Part shown: in pieces, positions 27,587-37,238 of the stretch | How positions within the stretch are numbered: position 1 is the first letter of the stretch | How the letters are laid out: each line of letters starts with the position of its first letter | Source: a virus | DNA length: 64,000 nt | Direction: 5' to 3' (one strand) | UHGV virus genome: UHGV-1366990 | Program-made: the position numbers and the translations under genes | The notes under the pieces: model-generated | Database searches by the model: none | Told to the model about the DNA's origin: nothing | Seen by the model: the letters and a program-made list of their open reading frames with translations, nothing else

Positions 27587-29924
27587 CATGACTCAGAGCA
27601 CAGATATCTTGACCAAATTTGGTAATCTTTTGAAGGAAGCCGACGCCCCGGTTGAGGTTGAAGTCCCATTTGAAGTGCGTAACGTTGTTACACACAAACT
27701 GACCTTCCGTAAAGGCCGCGCCAAGAACTTCCGCTCCATCGGCAATCAGTTCATGGAGATTGATTATCAGCGCAACCCGGCCACCCTTGTCACGTCTGAT
27801 GACAACGGCGCGGGTAAATCCACGATGCTGGTATGGCTGCTGTTTTTCGTACTGTACAACGACACATACAGCAAGAAGGAGAAGAAGGCAGGCCTGGTTA
27901 ACTCACAGAGCCGCAAGGAATGTGTGGGTGAGGTGGAGTTTGCCTGCCGTGGTAGCGAATGGAAGGTTCGCCGTGGCATTAAACCTGACTTTGTTGAAGT
28001 CTACCAGATGGTGGACGGCAAGTGGTTGCAGATCGATAACGAAGCAGCCAAAGCCGACATGAACAAGTACATCGTGAACCTCATCGGCGTGGACCAGAAG
28101 ATGTTTGAGAACTCTCTGGTGCTGGGTAAAGAGAAGTTCATTCCGTTCACGGAGATGTACACAGCCGACCGCCGCGCCATGGTGGAGACTATCTGGGACT
28201 TGGGCTTCTTCAGCCTGATGAACGAAGATGTCAAGGCATCCATCAAGAAAGCGAACGAAAAGCTGGACACGATCGCGAATGAATGTGCGTTGAAGGTTGT
28301 TGACCACACCAACAAGAAGACGCAGCTTCAGCAGATCGAGCAATCCAACGCCCTGATCCAACAGCAGTCGGCCGATATCCTTGTGCAGCAACAGGAAGCC
28401 CTGAATTCCTTGGATGCTGACATCGCCGCCCAGAATGAAGAGCGCACCCGCCTCACTGCGGTTGAGTTCGAAGCCAGCCAGGAAATGAAGACGGTAGAAA
28501 GCCGCCTGCATGATGAATCCATGGTGGAGATCGAGGCTGTCAAGAAAGACTTTGATGCCAAGATCCAGGCGGTGAAGGACGCCGCGCAGGACAAGGCTGA
28601 CGATTATGAGCGCATCGAAGTGTCTACTGCGGAGCATGATCTTCAGGTCTTGCGTGACCGCGCCTTTACAGTGGCCGAACGCAAGAACACCCTGCTCACC
28701 GAGCGCAATGCAAACCTGGGTGCCCTGAACGCTGCTATTCAGCGCCGCCAGCAGGGTGAGAACTTCCGTATCAAGTTCCAGACTGAAATGGAGGGGCATC
28801 AGTCGGCCATCAAGCGCTTCCACGATATGGGGACTTGCCCAACATGTACCCAACTGGTGTCCGACGATACCAAGGCGCGCATTGAAAGCGAGTACAATCC
28901 TCAGATCCAGGAACTGCAGTCGAAGTTAGATCAACTGGACAAAGTTACCGCCGATATCAATGTCCTGATCGATGACCACAAAGCCCAGGACGGCAAGCTG
29001 GTTGCTGACATTGCTGTGTTGGATGCTGAACTAGATGCAATGCGCAAGCAGGCCGACGAAATCGTTGACAACATCAAGCAGCTGCGCCGTGATATTCAAG
29101 GTTTTTATGATGCCGCCACGATTGAGTGTAATTCGCTGAACCGTGAATGCCAACAGAAGATCCTTGACATCCGTAAGGCACTGAACGTTCGTTTTGAAGA
29201 CATCACTGCGTCACTACAACAAACGCGAGAGAATGCCGTCAGCGGGATTAAAGCCGTCGATGATAAGATCGCCGAGCTGAAAGCCCGTCGTGCTCCTCTC
29301 GTGGCGTCTATTGCCGATCTGGAGCGTAAACTGGCTGTACAGCCAACACCTACCACCGACCTAGAGAACTCTATCGCTGCGTTGGAGGGTGAACTGGAGG
29401 ATCTATACCAGCGCGGCGAGGATGCCGACCAAGAACTCCAGGACTTACAGCACCTGCTGTTCTTCTTGAAAGATGACCAGACCAAGGCGCGTATCATCGC
29501 CCTGTATCTGCCATTCCTCAATAGCAAGATCAACGAGTATCTTGAAGCCCTCAACATGTTCTTGGACATCGTTGTTGACGATACCTTTGAGATCACCATG
29601 AGCGCGGCAGGCCGCAAGGGACAGAGTATCTTCTCCCTGTCTACTGGTCAGCGCAGTCGTCTGAACCTGGCTGTGACATTAGCTCTGCGCGATGTGGCTA
29701 ACCTCAAGGCGTCTGTACAATGTAACCTGTTTGTCCTGGACGAGATCCTTGAGAACATGAGCGAGCGTGGGGTGCAGGAATCGGTTGAAATGTTGAAGCA
29801 TAAGTTCGGCGGGAACAACCTGTTTGTTATTAGCCAGCGCGAACAGGAGTTCCAGGAATACTTCCAACACAACATTCGCTACGGCTTGCGAAACGGCCTG
29901 ACTGAAGTTATCAAGAAGGATTGA
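27579..29924 (+). CDS. 46: Rad50/SbcC-like recombination ATPase (gp46-like); start may be 27588
   Basis: Walker A GAGKST, long coiled coil, CPTC zinc hook, signature LSTGQRSRLNLA, Walker B LFVLDE. Confidence 0.85.
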   Translation: MHNMTQSTDILTKFGNLLKEADAPVEVEVPFEVRNVVTHKLTFRKGRAKNFRSIGNQFMEIDYQRNPATLVTSDDNGAGKSTMLVWLLFFVLYNDTYSKKEKKAGLVNSQSRKECVGEVEFACRGSEWKVRRGIKPDFVEVYQMVDGKWLQIDNEAAKADMNKYIVNLIGVDQKMFENSLVLGKEKFIPFTEMYTADRRAMVETIWDLGFFSLMNEDVKASIKKANEKLDTIANECALKVVDHTNKKTQLQQIEQSNALIQQQSADILVQQQEALNSLDADIAAQNEERTRLTAVEFEASQEMKTVESRLHDESMVEIEAVKKDFDAKIQAVKDAAQDKADDYERIEVSTAEHDLQVLRDRAFTVAERKNTLLTERNANLGALNAAIQRRQQGENFRIKFQTEMEGHQSAIKRFHDMGTCPTCTQLVSDDTKARIESEYNPQIQELQSKLDQLDKVTADINVLIDDHKAQDGKLVADIAVLDAELDAMRKQADEIVDNIKQLRRDIQGFYDAATIECNSLNRECQQKILDIRKALNVRFEDITASLQQTRENAVSGIKAVDDKIAELKARRAPLVASIADLERKLAVQPTPTTDLENSIAALEGELEDLYQRGEDADQELQDLQHLLFFLKDDQTKARIIALYLPFLNSKINEYLEALNMFLDIVVDDTFEITMSAAGRKGQSIFSLSTGQRSRLNLAVTLALRDVANLKASVQCNLFVLDEILENMSERGVQESVEMLKHKFGGNNLFVISQREQEFQEYFQHNIRYGLRNGLTEVIKKD

Positions 29925-29926
29925 TC

Positions 29927-30091
29927 ATGAACTACGAACAAATTAAACTCGCAATACTGATCTTTGCATGCATCATTGACATCGTTGCATTTTCTCGTGA
30001 AGTCGAAAGGAAAAACTACCTGAAATCACTGGGGTATCTCGGGTTCTCTGTCTGGTTCTGTTATCTACTTGCAGGTCAAATCCTGAAATGA
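29927..30091 (+). CDS. Small membrane protein (54 aa), not in ORF table
   Basis: ATG 3 nt after gp46 stop; hydrophobic; ATGA coupling to next gene. Confidence 0.4.
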   Translation: MNYEQIKLAILIFACIIDIVAFSREVERKNYLKSLGYLGFSVWFCYLLAGQILK

Positions 30092-30417
30092 AAGTCGTCC
30101 ACTTCAAGAAGGAGCCATATGACGTCTACATTGGTCGGCCTGGTAAATGGGGGAACCCGTTTGAGGTCAAAGACCATGGACGAGGCGTCTGTATCGAACT
30201 GTTTGAGGACGACCTGTATGTGCGCCTGATTGAAGGGGATATCACTGAGGATGAACTCCTTGATCTTGACGGGAAGGTATTGGGGTGCTGGTGTAAGCCG
30301 CGCCCCTGCCACGGAGATGTTTACGTCAAAGTCATTGGTCGTATTAAACTATTCCGCAAGCTGGGTAAATCCTTTACTGAACACCTGAGACAAACGTATG
30401 TCAGAAACCAAAGATGA
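30088..30417 (+). CDS. DUF4326-like protein
   Basis: YDVYIGRPGKWGNPF...GCWCKPRPCHGDV pattern. Confidence 0.6.
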   Translation: MKVVHFKKEPYDVYIGRPGKWGNPFEVKDHGRGVCIELFEDDLYVRLIEGDITEDELLDLDGKVLGCWCKPRPCHGDVYVKVIGRIKLFRKLGKSFTEHLRQTYVRNQR

Positions 30418-30682
30418 AATTCAGGAATCCTGTGACATTGCTGTGGAGATATGGAATCGCAGGAATCCTCATTACCAAGTGACCGTCACTCCGAATCGTT
30501 ATCTTGAGCAGGGTGGTCTAATTGTGGTTGATGCTGTACTCGCTTTCAACAAGTACCAAGATATGCAGATCCTGGACGGCAACTTTACCGTCGCGACCAA
30601 GACGGCATGGGATGACCCTCTACAGTTCGTCTATGGCTGGCTGGAGTGTATCGAGGAATCCTACCACCTCATCTACGAATGA
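30398..30682 (+). CDS. Hypothetical protein
   Basis: 94-aa ORF followed by terminator. Confidence 0.5.
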   Translation: MSETKDEIQESCDIAVEIWNRRNPHYQVTVTPNRYLEQGGLIVVDAVLAFNKYQDMQILDGNFTVATKTAWDDPLQFVYGWLECIEESYHLIYE

Positions 30683-30687
30683 GGCTG

Positions 30688-30721
30688 AAGGGCACTAAAT
30701 ACCACGTGCCCTTTATCTTTT
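30688..30721 (+). terminator. Rho-independent terminator
   Basis: GGGCAC/GTGCCC stem followed by TTTATCTTTT. Confidence 0.55.
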
Positions 30722-30778
30722 AACCCCTGTCAGGAGGCTCAAGCGAGCTGCAAGTCGACAAACATAAGGAACGCCATC

Positions 30779-31393
30779 ATGACGATGACAACGTTGAAGG
30801 CCATGGCCTTGTCCGTGACCTTTACCATTGCCAGCGGGAATGTGCACGCTTCCCAAAATACAAGTCAATGTGTTTATAATTTCTCCGAGCAACAACTTAA
30901 TACGATGGCAACCGCCTATCACGTAGGCAAGACACAAGATCTTGGCTACACGCTGGCCGCCATATCTTGGCGAGAGAGCCGCGCTGGTGAAGATGTAGTG
31001 TCAATGCGATACGGCCTCAAAGCGGCCAACATGGGAGCCTTTCAGAACAAGGTGAAGACAGTTGGTGATCGCGAAGGTTGTAAGAATCGCAAGTGCTATG
31101 CCAATGTCGCCATAAAGTTGCTGACCGACCAAGAATATGCCGCGCAAGCCGCCCTCGATGAGATGCAGTTCTGGCTGACCTATCACAATCAGAATATCCG
31201 CAAATCCCTCTCCTCTTACAATGCTGGCTTCGCCCGTAATCCTGCATCGAACGCTTATGCTGCCGACGTCGTGAAGAAAGCTAAATATCTTCAGAAATGT
31301 GTGTCCTTCGAAGGCCGGACCATCTCCGAGGTAGATCCTCAGGTGATCGCCATGAACAAGCACACAATAGAGAAACTGAAGAGGACAAGATAA
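30779..31393 (+). CDS. Secreted protein; possible lytic transglycosylase-like
   Basis: Signal peptide-like N-terminus; AISWRESRAG resembles the catalytic ES motif region of SLT domains (weak). Confidence 0.5.
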   Translation: MTMTTLKAMALSVTFTIASGNVHASQNTSQCVYNFSEQQLNTMATAYHVGKTQDLGYTLAAISWRESRAGEDVVSMRYGLKAANMGAFQNKVKTVGDREGCKNRKCYANVAIKLLTDQEYAAQAALDEMQFWLTYHNQNIRKSLSSYNAGFARNPASNAYAADVVKKAKYLQKCVSFEGRTISEVDPQVIAMNKHTIEKLKRTR

Positions 31394-32031
31394 TGAACAT
31401 CACTCCATCTCAGGCCGGATATGAACATATCTTGGTCTTCATTGCTCTACAGGGTGCGAAGGAAGGCATCATCGTATCCGAGTACTCAGGCACGGTTCGC
31501 CTTGCTGATTATGTCGCACCGGAGGCATTTATCAAGAAGTGTATTGACGCATGGTGCCTCTATGCCCTCGGCACGTATACTACCCCTCCTGAGGGTGAGT
31601 TGTTGTTTACTGTACCGACTCCGGCTGCTGGCGATACGGACGCGATCTTTGCCGATATGCTGGCCAAGGGGTATCTGGTGTATGACCTCACCCACGATGT
31701 CTATTCCTTCACCTCGCTGAACACCGTGTTTGGATTCACCATCACATCTGAAGCCAACATCCCTGACTGGGGTATTTTGGCGTGGGGTGTTGACGGTCTG
31801 GGTGCAACCTACGCATCGTCTGACGTCGGTGCGGTTCTGATTGATGAGGGTGTCACCATGGAGCAGTACCTTGCCCAGTTCCCTCAGCACAATATCACAG
31901 GCAGCGACATCATTTTGGTCCAGCCTGGCGCTATCGCTCTACCCCGTTTGGTGGGTGGATGGAAGCCTCAGCTGAAGGACATCATCGCAGGTATTCGATC
32001 CCACATTCCGGTTGTGAATCCGACGCCGTAA
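31393..32031 (+). CDS. Hypothetical protein
   Basis: Internal ATG (MNITPSQ) of ORF 31297..32031; TAATG overlap. Confidence 0.6.
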   Translation: MNITPSQAGYEHILVFIALQGAKEGIIVSEYSGTVRLADYVAPEAFIKKCIDAWCLYALGTYTTPPEGELLFTVPTPAAGDTDAIFADMLAKGYLVYDLTHDVYSFTSLNTVFGFTITSEANIPDWGILAWGVDGLGATYASSDVGAVLIDEGVTMEQYLAQFPQHNITGSDIILVQPGAIALPRLVGGWKPQLKDIIAGIRSHIPVVNPTP

Positions 32032-32061
32032 AAATAATTCAATAAAAGGGGCTTTTGCCCC

Positions 32062-32090
32062 TTTACTTCTTCAATATCCTTCCCTATACT
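32062..32090 (+). promoter_or_regulatory. Early-type promoter TTTACT-N17-TATACT
   Basis: Exact 17-bp spacing; -35 overlaps 3' arm of hairpin 32047..32062. Confidence 0.6.
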
Positions 32091-32138
32091 TCATTCCATA
32101 AGCAGTACGACACCAACTTGAATAGCAGGAACTATATC

Positions 32139-32474
32139 ATGACACAACTCAAGAACTTCACCGCCGATGACATGTTCACCTTCCAGGGTGCTGAGCACTT
32201 TGCTGACGGCTCTGTACCTCGCATCTACTACTTCTCCGACGAAGAAATGGAAGATTTCTTCGCCCTGATGGAAAAGGACTACGAACCAGACGACTTCGTT
32301 TATATCATCCATCACGCCGAAGGACTGACATTGGGTTGGACGGCCAGCAATGAACCAGAAGAAGTAAACTTCCCTGAAGGTATCATGTCAGAGCGCGTCG
32401 AATATCTACTGGAAGCCCTGGACCCCCACACCCTCCCGCTCTGGGCGATGTCTGTAGCCCAAGTTCAAAAATAA
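32139..32474 (+). CDS. Hypothetical acidic protein
   Basis: Internal ATG of ORF 32055..32474 preceded by promoter and GGAACTATATC leader. Confidence 0.6.
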   Translation: MTQLKNFTADDMFTFQGAEHFADGSVPRIYYFSDEEMEDFFALMEKDYEPDDFVYIIHHAEGLTLGWTASNEPEEVNFPEGIMSERVEYLLEALDPHTLPLWAMSVAQVQK

Positions 32475-32549
32475 GATAAGGGGGCTGACGCTCCCTTTTG
32501 GTTTCGCTAATTAGAAGAAACCGCCGTTAATTCAGTCAGGAGATATAAA

Positions 32550-35477
32550 ATGTCAAAGCTAAGTTTCCTCCAGTTCATGCAGGAAAGAGATCAGTTGGAC
32601 GAAGCGTTCAACTCCGCTCCGTATGAGCTGACTATGGGTAAGAAGAACGCAGGCGATGTGTTCTTCACCTTCGTCGACGAAGATGAAAAGGAATACCGTA
32701 TTCAGTTCTATACCCCTCAGGGGCTGGGTAAGAGTGTTCGTCAGGTTTTCATCGGCCAGAAGCGCGGCTCCGTCTATCCTGACGCCATCGCTCGCTTTAA
32801 GAACCCAATGCGCGTTATCGCTTCCATGATCGAAGCGACCAAACAATTCATGGCGACTCCTCTGGGCAAGACCATCGATGGCTTTGCTGTCAACTTCTCT
32901 AAGAAAGCGCTGGATCGTGGGATGACCCTGATTCCTAAGATCATCCGCCAGTCCGGCCTGAAGCAGAAACTGAATGTAATGGACCTGACCTACGCGCCTG
33001 TCCCTGACCGTGGTTATGTGTGGCTAGTTCGTAAGGGTAAAGATCCGGCTCAGGTATTTGACGGTCCGAAGATGCAGGGTATCACATGGGATGATCCAGA
33101 CAAGGTCGGTGACGTTCCGGTTCAGAACAGCGTTGATGGCGTTGTGGGTGGAACTGGTCAAACCATTGTTGTTGGTGTTGATTTCCGTTCTGAAATGGAA
33201 GACTTGGATATTTCGGTGTCTGGAAATGATATCACAGTGATGGATGGGCGCAAACTCGTAGTGTCTTTCACTGATCCCGAGACAGCTAGAATCATTTCTG
33301 GGATGAAAACCCCTTCTGCTGCAATTACCAATTTCATGCAAAAAACGAATCCAGGAAGATACACTGGAAACATCAAAGTTAACAGCACGAGTACCCGCAG
33401 TGGCAAGAAATATGAATTTATTGCTTCCGACTCATCTGGGAAACAATTGTTCAATCTAAACGTAGAAGATTCCAGAAAAACAAACTTGGGAACCGGGGCT
33501 GGTTCTTCTGAAATCGAAGTCAACCGCGAGTGGTACAACAGCTCGGACACTGGTCTGAAGTTGAAGAGCGGGCGAGACCCGATTCGTGGAAACTACGTCC
33601 GCCTGATAAGCGGTTCGAAAGAAGTAGCCGCATTCTATGGTTATGATTTTGACAAATATCCAGACGGGACTGAGGTATCTTGGAATATGAAGCGCGGCTT
33701 CACCAACCAAGACTTGGTCGGTGCGTCCATGACCAAACAGAAGAAAGGCATGTACGATCAGTACACTTTCAAGAAAGGTGCTCAGATAATTCTGGTGGTG
33801 GACGTTGACACCAGCAATGACACCAGCAATGACACCAGCAATGACAACGGTTGGAAACTCGCAAAAGCCGACGCCACTCAACCAATGTTAGTATGGGCGG
33901 GGAAAGAAAAGGGTCGCTTAGTCACGGCAAATATCGCTCCCCACTACAATGAGCCGGGTGTGTATGTTGGCGCATACATGAATGAGAAACCTGTGCGTGG
34001 GCAAAGTGCTGATTTCATTGCTCGTCAGTTGAAATTACCGCAAGTCCCTATCAGTATCCTGAATGATTTCACCATGGCGTCCACAAATTTTTGGAAAGGT
34101 TCTCAGCAGAAGTCCGCGCCAGCTGACTCCAACACCACAATCGGGGCAACCAGTATCGATCAATTGCGTGACAGCGGTTTCATCGCTCGTGTTCTGGGTA
34201 TCATTGATACCAACATTGACCAGAAAGCAAGCTATCTCCCAGGGGAAAGCATTAAGAAGATCGGACAGGCGCGTTATCAAACTAAAGGTGGTCTGGTGAT
34301 CATCGTCAGCTTCGATTCAGTCGATGGCAAGAATCTGACCTACAACGTGTTCTCTGAAATCGAAACTCAGCCTGGTGTCATCTCTGGCGATGCTCGTCGG
34401 GTGGCAAACGAAATTATGGAAACGATCACACACGTGGCCGAACATCAGTATCGTGGCGGATGGGAAATTAGCGCAGTGCCAACAAGCGCTCCATACCCTA
34501 TCAAAGCCATTCGCCGTTCTCGGGGCTGGGGTTATGTGGAAACCGCAAACTGGACTCTGAAAGTGTCCGACGCTGTCCTGAATCGTGTGAAGCCAGGGAA
34601 CACTGCTCTACTGGAACTCATCAAAGAGCCTCCGCGTGGCAAGCACCTGCTGGAAATCATCCCAGAGAAGGGCGACAAGACCCTGATGCTGAAAGATCGT
34701 ATTACCGGGGCCATCTATGGTTCTATCGACCTGAATGCCCAAGGTGCTGATCTGGTCAACTCTGGAACCCTGAAGATACCAAGCAACGCCATGGTGTTTG
34801 GTGAGACTGTCAACGGTATGTCCATTCGGTGGAATGTCAATTTCCCCGAAACAGGAAAATATGCCGGTACTTCTATGATAACCAACGTAACATATTATCA
34901 CGACAAAGGCAAAGTTGCATTCACCCCAATTGTCTCTCAGAAAGGGCGTACCCTGAACAATCCGAAGACATATGAACTTCCTTTAAACAAAGATATGGTC
35001 CAGAGTGTGATTGATGAGATTTCATCAAAAATGGAATATCTTTCCAGAAACCTCCAACAGTTGAAAAGTCAGTCATACAACCCAAACCAGGTGTTCTTGA
35101 ACGATATAACCATCACGGATAAAGGTGAAGTGATTTGGAATGATTACAACTTGTCTGACGGCAAAGTTACACAAATTATGCTGTCCATGATAAGCGCAGA
35201 AAATAAACGCCTGGAGAAAGTAGCAAACACGCCGGATATCAATATCACATTGCCAAAGAAACAAGCTGAAGTGGTAGAATTTATAAACCGGATGATTGAT
35301 ATTGATCTCACCCCTTATGTGAGAACCCCCAAAAACCGTGATGTGGTATTATTTTACTCTTCTGAATTGTCGATAAACCAACTCAACAACATAGAACGCC
35401 TGGGAAGAGAAACAGGAAAATGGTCTCTTCAGTCAAACGGCGGTATGGGTCATGCACTATTTCTGAATGTTTGGTGA
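32550..35477 (+). CDS. Large hypothetical protein (975 aa) containing a (DTSN)3 tandem repeat
   Basis: Long ORF, RBS AGGAG; no catalytic motif recognised. Confidence 0.75.
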   Translation: MSKLSFLQFMQERDQLDEAFNSAPYELTMGKKNAGDVFFTFVDEDEKEYRIQFYTPQGLGKSVRQVFIGQKRGSVYPDAIARFKNPMRVIASMIEATKQFMATPLGKTIDGFAVNFSKKALDRGMTLIPKIIRQSGLKQKLNVMDLTYAPVPDRGYVWLVRKGKDPAQVFDGPKMQGITWDDPDKVGDVPVQNSVDGVVGGTGQTIVVGVDFRSEMEDLDISVSGNDITVMDGRKLVVSFTDPETARIISGMKTPSAAITNFMQKTNPGRYTGNIKVNSTSTRSGKKYEFIASDSSGKQLFNLNVEDSRKTNLGTGAGSSEIEVNREWYNSSDTGLKLKSGRDPIRGNYVRLISGSKEVAAFYGYDFDKYPDGTEVSWNMKRGFTNQDLVGASMTKQKKGMYDQYTFKKGAQIILVVDVDTSNDTSNDTSNDNGWKLAKADATQPMLVWAGKEKGRLVTANIAPHYNEPGVYVGAYMNEKPVRGQSADFIARQLKLPQVPISILNDFTMASTNFWKGSQQKSAPADSNTTIGATSIDQLRDSGFIARVLGIIDTNIDQKASYLPGESIKKIGQARYQTKGGLVIIVSFDSVDGKNLTYNVFSEIETQPGVISGDARRVANEIMETITHVAEHQYRGGWEISAVPTSAPYPIKAIRRSRGWGYVETANWTLKVSDAVLNRVKPGNTALLELIKEPPRGKHLLEIIPEKGDKTLMLKDRITGAIYGSIDLNAQGADLVNSGTLKIPSNAMVFGETVNGMSIRWNVNFPETGKYAGTSMITNVTYYHDKGKVAFTPIVSQKGRTLNNPKTYELPLNKDMVQSVIDEISSKMEYLSRNLQQLKSQSYNPNQVFLNDITITDKGEVIWNDYNLSDGKVTQIMLSMISAENKRLEKVANTPDINITLPKKQAEVVEFINRMIDIDLTPYVRTPKNRDVVLFYSSELSINQLNNIERLGRETGKWSLQSNGGMGHALFLNVW
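33807..33848 (+). repeat. In-frame 12-bp tandem repeat (GACACCAGCAAT) x3.5 encoding DTSN repeats
   Basis: Three exact copies inside ORF 32550..35477. Confidence 0.85.
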
Positions 35478-35551
35478 AACTAGCTGGACTTGAGAACAGA
35501 ATAAAGCCCCTCTGGGGGCTAATTACATCTAAATCCCCGAGGAGAGATCCA

Positions 35552-36121
35552 ATGAAACCTTTTATCGAATATTTTAAAGAACAAGCCGCTAAACCTCAGA
35601 CCCATGCTGGTGTCCAGGGTAAGACCGTATCCATCACCAAGCAAGCTGACGGCACCCAGTGGTGTTCCGGCGCTACCGTGACCCAGATCACTCCTGACAA
35701 TCAGGCGGATGTCTACAACCTGGAGTTAACCAACGGCAACACCATCAAGGTGAAGCTGACTCCGGATCAGACTCACGGTATCTCCCAAGGTCAGGAAGTC
35801 GTTGCTGTCCATGACGGTTTCGAATTCTTCTTTGGCAAGTCTGCCGACAAAGGCCAGGTGACCGAATCCTATGCTCAGGAACTGGCGAACATGGACAAGA
35901 TGATCGGCAAAGCACTGGGTGCTGGCAAGTCTCGCAAGAGTGGTCGTACTGAGTTCGAATACTCTGGCATCCCTGGCATCGGCAAGGCGATCACCGTGAA
36001 CTTCGGTGGTGAAGATGACCCGTATGTGATCGTCACCTGCAACGGCAAGGAGCATGATATCAGCAAGGGTAAAAACCTGGCTGCTGACATTGCCAAGTTC
36101 CTCGGTGTTAAGCCTGTCTAG
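35552..36121 (+). CDS. Hypothetical protein
   Basis: Internal ATG (MKPFIEY) of ORF 35420..36121 with RBS GGAGAG; terminator downstream. Confidence 0.65.
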   Translation: MKPFIEYFKEQAAKPQTHAGVQGKTVSITKQADGTQWCSGATVTQITPDNQADVYNLELTNGNTIKVKLTPDQTHGISQGQEVVAVHDGFEFFFGKSADKGQVTESYAQELANMDKMIGKALGAGKSRKSGRTEFEYSGIPGIGKAITVNFGGEDDPYVIVTCNGKEHDISKGKNLAADIAKFLGVKPV

Positions 36122-36170
36122 AAGGTTGCACTAGACGACGCCACGGCGAAAGAACTTGGTCTGTAACTGG

Positions 36171-36200
36171 ATCCCCCTAAATACAGGGGGATTTCTTTTT
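36171..36200 (+). terminator. Rho-independent terminator
   Basis: ATCCCCC/GGGGGAT stem followed by TTCTTTTT. Confidence 0.6.
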
Positions 36201-36215
36201 CTGAGGAAACAAATC

Positions 36216-36569
36216 ATGGTCAATGCGAGTATTTTCATCAACCGTGGACTGCTTGCTATAGCCCACTCTCATGCCTTGCACTTCGTTACAACGTCCTATG
36301 CCAAGCACAAGGCACTCGGGGAGTTCTACGGGGATCTAGAGGACTTGCTGGACACGTTTACCGAAGCATACATCGGTGCGGGTGGTCAGTATGTTCCATC
36401 ATTCGAGAATATCAAATTGTACAACCCAGACCCTATCTCCTATATTAACAGTGTGGTGATAGACGTCGACGGTATCTACAGGCAGTGCGACTCCCACCTT
36501 CAGAACACGCTTGATGAAATCAAGACGCTGTGTTACCAGACGATCTACAAACTGAAGCAGCTGTCGTAA
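36216..36569 (+). CDS. Hypothetical protein
   Basis: Internal ATG (MVNASIF) with RBS GAGGAAA. Confidence 0.55.
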   Translation: MVNASIFINRGLLAIAHSHALHFVTTSYAKHKALGEFYGDLEDLLDTFTEAYIGAGGQYVPSFENIKLYNPDPISYINSVVIDVDGIYRQCDSHLQNTLDEIKTLCYQTIYKLKQLS

Positions 36570-36626
36570 GTCAATACAAAATAAAGGCATATAATTTTGC
36601 TCATTATTCACCAAAAGGAAAGGACA

Positions 36627-37238
36627 ATGAGCAAAATCTTTATCCCGTCACACCGCGAAGGATGTGAAATCGCGGCCAACTACCTGCGCGGTCGCATGAA
36701 CTGCGGCGCTGTCTTCATCGAGCCAAATTCGTTTGACAACAAAGAATCACCTGATGCCATCGGGTTCCGTTCCGGCGGTTGCTCTATCCTGATGGAAGTG
36801 AAGGTGTCTCGCTCTGATTTCCTTACCGACAAGAAGAAGCCCCATCGGATGGACCCCACAACAGGGATGGGCGCATACCGCTTTTATGTCTGCCCTCAGG
36901 ACGTGATCAGGGTTGAAGACCTGCCACCAAAGTGGGGGTTGTTCTACTTCACACCCCGCAAGTCCCTGATGCCAGTTCATGTGCCAGACATGCAGTACTC
37001 TTCATTGTCATCACCAGAGCATTATCAGAAGTACCTTGATGAACAGATCAAGAGAGGAAGAACCGTTACCCGGCATATGCGCAGCTACATGGAACTCCTC
37101 GACGGATTCGCCCACTTTGAGCGCAACACGACTGGGGAACAGAATATCCTGTATGGGGCTTGGCGCCAACTGTGTATAGCTCAAAGTCGTGGTGTAGACT
37201 ATACTGTGACCGAAGTGTTCCAGAGGCCGAAGATCTAA
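36627..37238 (+). CDS. Putative PD-(D/E)XK-like nuclease
   Basis: PDAIGF...ILMEVKVSRSDF resembles a D...ExK motif; low confidence. Confidence 0.45.
   Translation: MSKIFIPSHREGCEIAANYLRGRMNCGAVFIEPNSFDNKESPDAIGFRSGGCSILMEVKVSRSDFLTDKKKPHRMDPTTGMGAYRFYVCPQDVIRVEDLPPKWGLFYFTPRKSLMPVHVPDMQYSSLSSPEHYQKYLDEQIKRGRTVTRHMRSYMELLDGFAHFERNTTGEQNILYGAWRQLCIAQSRGVDYTVTEVFQRPKI

Noticed and set aside
27903-28853. 316-aa minus-strand ORF inside the gp46 gene
   Set aside because: Antisense to the Rad50-like coiled-coil region; such regions commonly give long spurious antisense ORFs
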